A DNA stretch of 62,541 nucleotides from an uncultured Bacteroidota bacterium (GTDB taxonomy: Bacteria; Bacteroidota; Bacteroidia; UKL13-3), in the NCBI GenBank assembly GCA_903834625.1, contig CAILJQ010000115.1:1-62541 (forward strand), read 5' to 3'. The notes under the pieces are model-generated. The model saw nothing but the letters and a program-made list of their open reading frames with translations. It had not been told where the DNA came from and did not search any database. Made by a program: the position numbers and the translations under genes. This document shows, one piece after another, positions 9,669 to 18,306 of the stretch; positions within the stretch are counted from its first letter, which is position 1, and every line of letters starts with the position of its first letter.

Positions 9669-10385
9669 ATGACCGACCCAAACGAAGAAGAAAGAATAAA
9701 GAAAGCATTTCAAAAGAAAGATTGGCCAGAGATAAAAGTAAGTGATAGTTGGGCTACATTTAAAATCATGGCCGAGTTTGTTGAAGGCTTTGAGAAGATG
9801 AGTAAGATTGGCCCTTGTGTGTCTATTTTTGGTTCGGCCCGAACCAAAAGCGACCATAAATATTACCTGTTGGCAGAGGAAATTGCCAAGAAGCTTGTAA
9901 ATGCAGGTTTTGGGGTGATTACTGGAGGTGGACCAGGTATTATGGAGGCTGGTAATAAAGGGGCATTTGAGGCAGGAGGGAAGTCGGTAGGTTTAGGTAT
10001 TGAATTACCTTTTGAACAATTCTTTAACCGTTACGTTGACCGTGATAAAAACATCAATTTCGATTACTTTTTTGTTAGGAAAGTGATGTTTGTGAAATAT
10101 GCCCAGGGCTTTATTGCCATGCCCGGAGGCTTTGGTACGTTAGATGAATTGTTTGAATCTTTAACATTAATTCAAACCCATAAAGTTGCTCAATTTCCGG
10201 TGGTGTTGGTAGGCAGTGAATTTTGGGGTGGACTCATTGATTGGATCAAACAGGTGATGCTTGAGAAGGAAAAAAATATCAGTGCAGATGACATGTTTTT
10301 ATTTAAAGTGGTAGATTCTGCAGATGATGCAGTGAACTACATTTTAGATTATTATGCTGATATGAGTATCCGTCCGAATTTTTAA
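9669..10385 (+). CDS. LOG family / TIGR00730 Rossmann-fold nucleotide phosphoribohydrolase
   Basis: FGSAR, TGGGPGIMEAGN, FFVRKVMF, PGGFGTLDE. Confidence 0.92.
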   Translation: MTDPNEEERIKKAFQKKDWPEIKVSDSWATFKIMAEFVEGFEKMSKIGPCVSIFGSARTKSDHKYYLLAEEIAKKLVNAGFGVITGGGPGIMEAGNKGAFEAGGKSVGLGIELPFEQFFNRYVDRDKNINFDYFFVRKVMFVKYAQGFIAMPGGFGTLDELFESLTLIQTHKVAQFPVVLVGSEFWGGLIDWIKQVMLEKEKNISADDMFLFKVVDSADDAVNYILDYYADMSIRPNF

Positions 10386-10536
10386 CATAGCTTATGTTTT
10401 TATTAACCTTCATGGTTGAGATGTGATAAGATTTTAATCATACGAATTCCTAATTTCTCTATTTGTTTAAACTCCCAACTTTCTTTAACTATGCACGTAA
10501 TGGAATGGGAGCATTCTATAAAAATAAATATTCCTT

Positions 10537-12795
10537 ATGAGTACTTTAAAAGAAGATGCCTTAAAATATCATAGCAAAGGCAGACCAGGTAAAATTGCAG
10601 TAGTTCCTACAAAACCAACCAATACAAAACGCGATTTAAGTTTAGCATATTCACCAGGTGTAGCCGAGCCTTGTTTAGCAATTGCTGAAAATCCTGAAGA
10701 TATTTATAAATATACTGCCAAGGGAAATTTGGTGGCGGTAATTAGTAATGGAACAGCCGTACTCGGATTGGGAGATATTGGTCCGGGTGCATCTAAACCA
10801 GTAATGGAAGGGAAAGGCGTTTTATTCAAGATTTTTGCTGATATAGATGTTTTCGATATTGAAATAGATACCAAAAACACAGAAGATTTTATTCAAACTG
10901 TAAAGAATATTGCGGGAACTTTTGGAGGGATAAATTTAGAGGATATTAAAGCCCCAGAGTGTTTTGAAATTGAGAGACGACTCAAAGAGGAATTGAATAT
11001 TCCAATTATGCACGACGATCAGCATGGAACGGCTATCATTACTGGAGCAGCGTTGTTAAATGCTCTTGAACTGGTTGGAAAGAAAATTGAAGACGTTCAA
11101 GTTGTTTATAATGGAGCAGGGGCTAGTGCCATTTCTTGTGCGAGAATCATGAAAGCCTTAGGTGTGAAGGCTGAAAATTTAGTGATGTGTGATAGCAAAG
11201 GAGTGATAAGAGCTGATAACCCAAATTTGGATGATATCAAAAGGCCTTTTGCCACCTCCAGGGATTTAAAAACCCTTACTGATGCCATGAAAAATGCAGA
11301 TGTGTTTGTGGGGCTTTCAAAGGCAGATGTGGTAACACAAGACATGTTGCGAAGCATGAACAAAGATTGTGTTGTTTTTGCCTTAGCAAATCCAAATCCT
11401 GAAATTACCTATGAATTAGCTACGGCTTCGAGGCCAGATATTATCTTAGCTACAGGTAGAAGTGATTACCCAAACCAAGTAAACAATGTGTTGGGATTCC
11501 CTTATATTTTTAGAGGCGCATTGGATGTACGTGCCACTAAAATTACAGAAGAAATGAAATTGGCTGCAGTATATGCCTTGGCCAATTTAACAAAGGAGCC
11601 AGTACCAGAGATTGTTAATTTAGCTTATAACGAAAGCAATGTTACTTTTGGAAGGCAATACATTATTCCAAAACCAATAGACCCTCGTTTGATAACCACT
11701 GTATCTCCTGCTGTAGCAAAGGCTGCTATGGAAAGTGGTGTTGCCAAAGAACCCATTACAGATTGGGATAAATACGAACAACAATTGCTGAATAGATTAG
11801 GCAAGGAAAGTAATTTCATTCGTGCTATAACAGATAAAGCTAAGTTAAATCCGAAACGCGTTGTTTTTTCTGAAGCAGAGAATTTTAAAATTTTAAGAGC
11901 TGCTCAAATTGTTAAAGATGAAGGAATAGCTATTCCAATTTTGATTGGAAACAGGTTGCGTATTGAGGCCATTATTCGTGAGAATAACCTCAATTTAAAA
12001 GATGTTTCTATTGTTGATCCTATGGAGGATGAACACAAACGTAATGCTTTTGCCGATGTGCTGTTTAGAAATAGACAAAGAAACGGACTTACCCTTCATG
12101 AGGCCAAAAAACTCATGACAGACAAACACTATTATGCCCCAATGATGGTTGAAATGGGTGAGGCTGATGCCATGATTAGTGGATTAACCAAAAACTACCC
12201 AAGTACCATTAGACCCGCCTTACAAATTTTAGGAAAAGAAGATGGAACAGATGTAGTAGCTGGCATGTATATAATGCTTTCGAAAAAGGGGACTCTGTTT
12301 TTTGCTGATTGCTCGGTAAATCAGAGTCCTGGCGAAGATGAATTGGTAAACATTGCCTCTTTGGCATACAAAGCAGTAAAAAAGTTTAATATCAATCCTC
12401 GTGTTGCCTTGTTGAGCTATAGCAATTTTGGCTCGGCCAAGGGCGCCGATCCAGTGAAGATGTCGAATGTGAGGAAGAAATTAAAGAAGGATTATCCAAA
12501 CATGATTGTAGATGGAGATATTCAGGCAAATGTTGCCTTGAACCAAAAGCTTTTGAAGGAGAATTTTCCTTTCAGCGAATTGGTGGGAGAGCCTGTAAAT
12601 ACGTTTATTTTCCCATCTTTATCCTCTGGAAATATTGCATATAAAATGTTGCAAGAATTGGGGGCAGCAGAAGCCATCGGTCCTGTTTTATTAGGATTGA
12701 AAAAATCTGCCCATATCCTTCAGTTGGGTAGTAGCATTCGTGAAATTGTAAACATGGTTACCATTGCAGTGGTAGATGCCCAATCCAAAGAATAG
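10537..12795 (+). CDS. maeB: NADP-dependent malic enzyme with phosphotransacetylase-like domain
   Basis: [45 protein letters not shown], followed by a C-terminal PTA domain. Confidence 0.95.
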   Translation: MSTLKEDALKYHSKGRPGKIAVVPTKPTNTKRDLSLAYSPGVAEPCLAIAENPEDIYKYTAKGNLVAVISNGTAVLGLGDIGPGASKPVMEGKGVLFKIFADIDVFDIEIDTKNTEDFIQTVKNIAGTFGGINLEDIKAPECFEIERRLKEELNIPIMHDDQHGTAIITGAALLNALELVGKKIEDVQVVYNGAGASAISCARIMKALGVKAENLVMCDSKGVIRADNPNLDDIKRPFATSRDLKTLTDAMKNADVFVGLSKADVVTQDMLRSMNKDCVVFALANPNPEITYELATASRPDIILATGRSDYPNQVNNVLGFPYIFRGALDVRATKITEEMKLAAVYALANLTKEPVPEIVNLAYNESNVTFGRQYIIPKPIDPRLITTVSPAVAKAAMESGVAKEPITDWDKYEQQLLNRLGKESNFIRAITDKAKLNPKRVVFSEAENFKILRAAQIVKDEGIAIPILIGNRLRIEAIIRENNLNLKDVSIVDPMEDEHKRNAFADVLFRNRQRNGLTLHEAKKLMTDKHYYAPMMVEMGEADAMISGLTKNYPSTIRPALQILGKEDGTDVVAGMYIMLSKKGTLFFADCSVNQSPGEDELVNIASLAYKAVKKFNINPRVALLSYSNFGSAKGADPVKMSNVRKKLKKDYPNMIVDGDIQANVALNQKLLKENFPFSELVGEPVNTFIFPSLSSGNIAYKMLQELGAAEAIGPVLLGLKKSAHILQLGSSIREIVNMVTIAVVDAQSKE

Positions 12796-12797
12796 AA

Positions 12798-13163
12798 CTA
12801 ATTAGAACAACTGCAAATTCTAATAAACTCCATTCCTTTCCTTGCTTTTATGCAAGAATAACTTTGATCTAATTTCCATTTATTGGGGTAATCACTTGTA
12901 TTACTGCTTGATTTTAACACAATATACTTGTCTTGGACTTCCCATGTGCCTTTAACTTCTACTATTTTTTTGGGGTTGGTTTCGTTGTAGTATACAAATG
13001 TGTTGTCATCGTTTAGCTTTAGTTCTAGTACTGAATTGTGGCCATTTGTTGGTTGTTTTGCCTTTTGTCCGGATGAATAGGTGCCATGCGTTGGATTGGA
13101 TTTTGGCTCGCCTGCAAATGCTTGGGTGCAGACAAAAAGAAAGCTAATAAATAGGTATTTCAT
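12798..13163 (-). CDS. Small secreted hypothetical protein (lipocalin/NlpE-N-like beta-strand pattern, Cys-rich C-terminus)
   Basis: Signal MKYLFISFLFVCTQAFA from 13163; GTY..LxLNDDNTF..GTW pattern; ends ...SCIK...ICSCSN. Confidence 0.6.
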   Translation of the reverse strand: MKYLFISFLFVCTQAFAGEPKSNPTHGTYSSGQKAKQPTNGHNSVLELKLNDDNTFVYYNETNPKKIVEVKGTWEVQDKYIVLKSSSNTSDYPNKWKLDQSYSCIKARKGMEFIRICSCSN

Positions 13164-13307
13164 AGGTTTTATTATTGAATGAAGGTAGCGGTAATTTTGT
13201 TTTAAAATTGTCATATTCCTTTTTGTGTTTATCATTAGGTAACTATTTTATTTGATAGATTAAACTATTCCTGATTTTTGATATCAAAGCCAGAATTGTT
13301 TTATTTC

Positions 13308-13988
13308 ATGCGTACCAACAAATTGTTATGTTTTTTTCTCTTCCAGATTGCTTTTATGGCTTTGCCATTAAAATCAATTGGGCAGGTAAAACTATCTTTT
13401 GTTCCTACAATTGGTGGCGCTGAAATTTCTCTTGATAAAGAATATCTGTTAAAGGAATTGGGTAAAGTAACATTCACTAAACTTAAGTTTTATTTTGGCT
13501 TAGCAGGTGATACCTCCTCCAAAAGTTATTTCCTCATAGACCTTGAAAAAAAGAGTAGTTGTTTAGTAGAATTTCCACTTCAAAAAAATAGTCTGAATAA
13601 TGAATTTGCCTTTTGGTGTGGAGTAGATAGTTTTACCAATACCTCTGGAGTATACATGGGGGCTTTGGATCCATTGAATGGAATGTATTGGACATGGCAA
13701 AGTGGCTATATAGGTATAAAATTAGAAGGGCAAATTCGTTCAATGAATGGAGATTCTGTTTCGTTTGAATATCATTTAGGGGGTTATCAAAACCCTTTTT
13801 TGGTTTGTTATCCTGTAGCATTTAAAAACACAAAAAGTAGCGACCTTCTAGTAGGGTTGGATTTGGGAAGGTTTATATCGTTTGCATATCAAAATTTCCC
13901 TAAAAAAGTTATGACGCCTGGCCAGGATGCCTATTTATTAGGGAAAATATTTTCAGAATCTTTTTACTTATTGGATAATGAAAAATAG
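13308..13988 (+). CDS. MbnP-family protein (WxW motif)
   Basis: GALDPLNGMYWTWQSGYIGIKLEG and YHLGG motifs; overlaps the start of the diheme gene; ATG at 13308 preferred over TTG at 13278. Confidence 0.72.
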   Translation: MRTNKLLCFFLFQIAFMALPLKSIGQVKLSFVPTIGGAEISLDKEYLLKELGKVTFTKLKFYFGLAGDTSSKSYFLIDLEKKSSCLVEFPLQKNSLNNEFAFWCGVDSFTNTSGVYMGALDPLNGMYWTWQSGYIGIKLEGQIRSMNGDSVSFEYHLGGYQNPFLVCYPVAFKNTKSSDLLVGLDLGRFISFAYQNFPKKVMTPGQDAYLLGKIFSESFYLLDNEK

Positions 13989-14988
13989 AGGTTTGCTCTT
14001 ATTTATTGGGGTTGTTTGTTTAATGAGTTTTATCGTTAAAGATACCTATCAAATTCCAAAGGCTTGGCCTGAACCAATATATCCCATTGGTAAAAATGAA
14101 CTTACAATTAACAAAGTTTATTTAGGAAGAATATTGTTTTACGACCCAATTTTATCGGTCAATCACACTGTTTCTTGCGCAAGTTGTCATTCTCAATTTA
14201 ATGCCTTTACCCATGCCGACCATGCACTGAGCCATGGTATATATGATAGTATAGGAACAAGGAATTCACCAACCTTAATGAATTTGGCTTGGCAACCCTA
14301 TTTTATGTGGGATGGTGCCATCAATCATTTAGACATGCAAGCCTTGGCACCTATAAGTCATCCCAAAGAAATGGGTGAAAGCTTAAATCATGTGCTTCAA
14401 AAATTGGGCGCTTCAAAAAGATATAAGAGTTTGTTTTATAAGGCTTGGAAGGATTCAATTCCTACTACTGAAACACTACTTAAATCGCTGTCATCGTTTA
14501 TGCTTACTTTGGTAAGTAATCAATCTAAATACGACAGTGTGCAATTGGGTTTAGTTGCATTCACAGATCAAGAGCAAAGAGGTTATGCCTTATTTAAGAA
14601 ACATTGCAATAGTTGTCATACAGAGCCACTATTTACTAATTATCAATTTGAGGCAAATGGCATTAAGGTAAATGCTCATCTTAACGACTTTGGAAGGTAT
14701 GCAATTACCCATCATCCAAAAGATTCATTTAAATTTAAAACCCCCACTTTAAGAAACGTTGAATATTCTTTTCCTTATATGCATGATGGAAGGTTTGAAT
14801 CATTGAATGAGGTGATACAATTTTATGCTTCTTCTTCCTCTATTGGTGACAAAACAAAAGGTCGAACACTACATTTAGATGCTAAAGAAAAAGTGGACCT
14901 GCATGTTTTTTTGCTCACTTTAACCGATAAACAATTTTTGTTCAACCGCTCCTATGGGTATCCTATGGAGTTGAATACAAAAGAATAA
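13978..14988 (+). CDS. Diheme cytochrome c peroxidase superfamily protein, MbnH/MauG-like
   Basis: Two CxxCH (CASCH, CNSCH); LGRILFYDP, RNSPTL, FMWDG, FKTPTLRN, PYMHDG; signal peptide. Confidence 0.88.
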   Translation: MKNRGLLLFIGVVCLMSFIVKDTYQIPKAWPEPIYPIGKNELTINKVYLGRILFYDPILSVNHTVSCASCHSQFNAFTHADHALSHGIYDSIGTRNSPTLMNLAWQPYFMWDGAINHLDMQALAPISHPKEMGESLNHVLQKLGASKRYKSLFYKAWKDSIPTTETLLKSLSSFMLTLVSNQSKYDSVQLGLVAFTDQEQRGYALFKKHCNSCHTEPLFTNYQFEANGIKVNAHLNDFGRYAITHHPKDSFKFKTPTLRNVEYSFPYMHDGRFESLNEVIQFYASSSSIGDKTKGRTLHLDAKEKVDLHVFLLTLTDKQFLFNRSYGYPMELNTKE

Positions 14989-15028
14989 TTTACTCTTTAT
15001 AACACCTAAAATAAATACAAATAAAATA

Positions 15029-16393
15029 ATGAAAAAATCTATCCTACTCTGCACATTTGGCTTATTGGCTTTGTGTTCATTTGCTCAAACCAATCCTGCT
15101 ATTACAAGCTGGATTCAAAACACCACAGGCATTAAAGGCCGACATTATGTAAAGAATAACAGCACTGCAATTAACGACAATGACTCGGCTAATGTATTAG
15201 GAGTGTATTATTCTGCTACATCTGTTTATATAAGAGCAAATGGGGTTCCTGGTTATGTAACTGGACCATTTTTAGACGGTAACCCATCCATTACAACCAG
15301 TCAGAATGCCATCTTTAAATTTCCTTTGACCCCAGTTAAAAATACGGGAACAGCAACAGCTACTACTGGTGGCAATATTGGAATTTTTATCAATGGTGTT
15401 GCTTTGTTTGATTACCGTGATGGTGTTTCTTGGCAGAATTCATCAAACAGTTTAAAAGGCGGGCCATTAGGCGGAACGGGCGACAATGTTTGGAATAGAG
15501 ATGCAGTGGTTGCTGAGCGAGGTGGTTTTGATTGTGCAAAGGGACATCCAGCGATGGGAAATTACCACCATCATCAAAATCCTAGTGCATTTAAATTAGA
15601 TTTAACTGTCATATCTACTGTTTGTAATTTGTATGATGCAGATGGATTGTATGTGATAGATAGTAGCAAACATTCGCCACTCATAGGCTTTGCCTATGAT
15701 GGATTTCCAATATATGGAGCATATGCTTATAAGAATGTAGATGGAACTGGAGGCATTGTGCGCATGAAATCTAGTTATACTTTACGAAGCATTACCCAAA
15801 GAAACACCTATTTTAATGGTAACACTGTAACTGCAGGTCCGGTTGTGAGTACAACCTATCCATTGGGATATTTTAGAGAAGATTATCAGTATACTGCGCC
15901 AACTGCTGCAAATCCAGATTACTTGGATGAACACAATGGAAGATTTTGTATAACTCCAGAATACCCAAATGGCATTTATTGTTATTTTGCTACCGTTGAT
16001 GCCAATTGGAATTCTGCCTATCCTTATGCTGTAGGTCCCACTTTTTATGGTATTAGAAGCAGTGCAAAAGTTACCAGTATTACAGAATCTGTTACAAGGT
16101 ATATGCCAAGTACAACAGCTATTTCTGAGAAGGGAAAAGAGGCGTTAACCTTTAACGTTTTTCCAAATCCAGGTAATGATATATTGGCTATTCAAGCAGA
16201 TGGATTGCAACAAAACAATTTGTTGGTTGAACTATTTGACATGCAAGGAAGGTTATTAATAAGCAGCAATTTGTTTCAAGGTAGTACCATCACCTATTTA
16301 GATACAAGAGGTTTATACAGTGGTGAATATATATTAAGGCTGAGTAACGCACAAACAGTAGTTAGCAAAAAAGTAATTATTGCAAAAGACTAA
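15029..16393 (+). CDS. YHYH-domain protein with T9SS type-A C-terminal sorting domain
   Basis: GHP..G.YHHH, HSPLIGFAYDGFPIYG, LDEHNGR..TPEYPNG; CTD FNVFPNP...LFDMQGR...SGEYILRL...KKVII. Confidence 0.85.
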   Translation: MKKSILLCTFGLLALCSFAQTNPAITSWIQNTTGIKGRHYVKNNSTAINDNDSANVLGVYYSATSVYIRANGVPGYVTGPFLDGNPSITTSQNAIFKFPLTPVKNTGTATATTGGNIGIFINGVALFDYRDGVSWQNSSNSLKGGPLGGTGDNVWNRDAVVAERGGFDCAKGHPAMGNYHHHQNPSAFKLDLTVISTVCNLYDADGLYVIDSSKHSPLIGFAYDGFPIYGAYAYKNVDGTGGIVRMKSSYTLRSITQRNTYFNGNTVTAGPVVSTTYPLGYFREDYQYTAPTAANPDYLDEHNGRFCITPEYPNGIYCYFATVDANWNSAYPYAVGPTFYGIRSSAKVTSITESVTRYMPSTTAISEKGKEALTFNVFPNPGNDILAIQADGLQQNNLLVELFDMQGRLLISSNLFQGSTITYLDTRGLYSGEYILRLSNAQTVVSKKVIIAKD

Positions 16394-17064
16394 TTATTAA
16401 AATACCTTTTTATGGCTACCACATGTGATAGTATGACCAATGGAACTATAACTGTTGGTAGCCATATAAAAGGGAATTGCGAAACAGCTATATTAGGTTG
16501 GTTCAGACCGAATTGTTGAAAGGGTGTAGGCAAAGAGAGTACCGCAATACTAACAATTGTTAAAACAAGGAAAAGGCAAATGATGTTCCAAATGACCATA
16601 GGTTTTCCTATAGAGGAAGATTGTTTTTTGGCCCCAAATATTATTATCCCAAGTGCACTAATACCCGAAAGTATATCAAAATTTAATCCTTCAAAGGTCA
16701 TTTCTTTGGGAACCATTTTTTGGATGAAAAGTAAGTACAGTCCAATTTCAACAGGAATCCTTACTACATGAATAGGTAACAGGTGTTTTGTTTCTATAGT
16801 ATCTAACCATTTTCTACCAGATGGGCTTCCAAGCAGGTAAATAAAAATTGCCAGATTGGGTAATAGAATTAGAATGGGTCGTGGAGGCGTGCTGTTAGTT
16901 TGTTCATAGAAACCACTCCATGCTAGCAAAGCTTGAGTAATAGTGATGAACAAAGTAAGCCCAAGAATTTTGATACTTTTGTTGCTTGCTTTATATATCC
17001 AACCAATACAAAAAAATGTAATAAGGATAAAAAGAATAGGGGTTATTACTTCAATAGATTTCAT
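16390..17064 (-). CDS. Hypothetical integral membrane protein (about 6 TM)
   Basis: Hydrophobic segments; HVVRIPVE, NFDILSG and FPFIWLP motifs; stop overlaps the YHYH stop. Confidence 0.75.
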   Translation of the reverse strand: MKSIEVITPILFILITFFCIGWIYKASNKSIKILGLTLFITITQALLAWSGFYEQTNSTPPRPILILLPNLAIFIYLLGSPSGRKWLDTIETKHLLPIHVVRIPVEIGLYLLFIQKMVPKEMTFEGLNFDILSGISALGIIIFGAKKQSSSIGKPMVIWNIICLFLVLTIVSIAVLSLPTPFQQFGLNQPNIAVSQFPFIWLPTVIVPLVILSHVVAIKRYFNN

Positions 17065-17067
17065 TTT

Positions 17068-17478
17068 TTATTCCTTATTTATGGTTTCAATCCAAAGGCG
17101 GAATATTTGGGTTAAACCGCTTTGAAAACTTGAGAGGTTTGCCTCTTTTGAAATAACAATCATTTTTCTTGAATCAGGAAAGTTGCCTTGTAACAATCCT
17201 GTTGGATCGTTAATTCTTGCGCCATTTGGGAAGATTAATCTCAATTCATCTTTTTTCACAAGATTAATTACACATATATCTCTTTTATATTCTTTGGGGT
17301 TAAAAGGTGGCATTTCGCCTGCATAAAAAAAGGAGGGAGAATTCCATTTCACCTGCTCTTGTATGTTTGGGTCAACCCCTAAGATAATTGTTCTTAGCCC
17401 ATTTATCATTGGTTTCATTGGATGAGATAAGGCATTCATGTAATCCGTAATCGTTATGTTTGAATTTTTTGTTGCCAT
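17068..17478 (-). CDS. DUF1801 (YdhG-like) domain protein
   Basis: LRTIIL...IxEQVKWNSPSF...LIFPNGA...LLQG...RK pattern. Confidence 0.78.
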   Translation of the reverse strand: MATKNSNITITDYMNALSHPMKPMINGLRTIILGVDPNIQEQVKWNSPSFFYAGEMPPFNPKEYKRDICVINLVKKDELRLIFPNGARINDPTGLLQGNFPDSRKMIVISKEANLSSFQSGLTQIFRLWIETINKE

Positions 17479-17504
17479 AGAAGTTGGGGAGATTTGACCT
17501 AAAA

Positions 17505-17512
17505 CAAAAGTA
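17505..17512 (-). promoter_or_regulatory. -7 box (TACTTTTG) for the DUF1801-membrane protein operon
   Basis: Exact TAnnTTTG 26 nt upstream of the ATG. Confidence 0.5.
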
Positions 17513-17588
17513 TCAGATTTTCGTCAGAATTAGACTCATTGACAATTGTGGTTAAACTTTTGCGTTTTTGAAATATCACACTAATACT

Positions 17589-17663
17589 ATGAACAAAAAT
17601 AATTTTTACATCTTCAGGGCATCAGTAATCATTGCCTTATTGGTAATGGCCCTGGCATATTGA
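17589..17663 (+). CDS. Possible 24-aa hydrophobic peptide
   Basis: ATG..TGA ORF MNKNNFYIFRASVIIALLVMALAY upstream of the HupE/UreJ gene. Confidence 0.25.
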   Translation: MNKNNFYIFRASVIIALLVMALAY

Positions 17664-17714
17664 TCCTAATCAAGGAGCATTTTGCCTAATGATTAATTCC
17701 ACTATTTTTGAGCC

Positions 17715-18281
17715 GTGGAGGAAATTAGGCTATATATATTGCTTGGATTTGAGCATGTGTTTCCATTTGGTTCAGACCACGTGCTGTTTATTGTTAGCTT
17801 ATTCCTTTTTAAAAGTAATTGGAAAGACTTGTTGGCGCAGTCTGTTGTATTCACCCTTGCCCACAGTATCAGTTTGTTATTAGCCCTATTAGGCTTACCC
17901 TTTCCAAGCTCACTTTGGGTTGAACCAATAATTGCTTTATCCATTGTTTATACTTCGTTAGAGAACGTATTTCCTAAGTATTTTGTATTGAACCGATTGG
18001 CCATAGTTGGAATATTTGGCTTATTCCATGGGTTAGGATTTGCGGGAGTTATTCAGCAATTATTGGGTGGTTCTGAAAGTTTATTTATTCCTTTATTTTC
18101 ATTTAACCTCGGCATAGAAGCTGCACAACTATTTGTACTGCTTCTATTATGGGTTATGATACATACAAGCGGCTTATCCAAATTAACTTTGTATCAAGAA
18201 AAACTTAGCAAAGCAATGTCATTGGGCATTGGTTTGATTGCCAGTTATTGGTTTTTAGAAAGAATTGGACATTTGCTTTAA
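17715..18281 (+). CDS. HupE/UreJ family (HupE_UreJ_2) membrane protein, putative metal permease
   Basis: GFEHV..GSDHVLF, FTLAHSISL, VEPIIALSI, FGLFHGLGFA, FNLGIE; GTG start. Confidence 0.85.
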   Translation: MEEIRLYILLGFEHVFPFGSDHVLFIVSLFLFKSNWKDLLAQSVVFTLAHSISLLLALLGLPFPSSLWVEPIIALSIVYTSLENVFPKYFVLNRLAIVGIFGLFHGLGFAGVIQQLLGGSESLFIPLFSFNLGIEAAQLFVLLLLWVMIHTSGLSKLTLYQEKLSKAMSLGIGLIASYWFLERIGHLL

Positions 18282-18306
18282 GTAAGCAATGAACAGAAAA
18301 GGTAAT

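Noticed and set aside
17689-17944. Short ORFs overlapping the hupE/ureJ gene (17689+, 17702-)
   Set aside because: Alternative-frame or antisense ORFs over a well-supported gene
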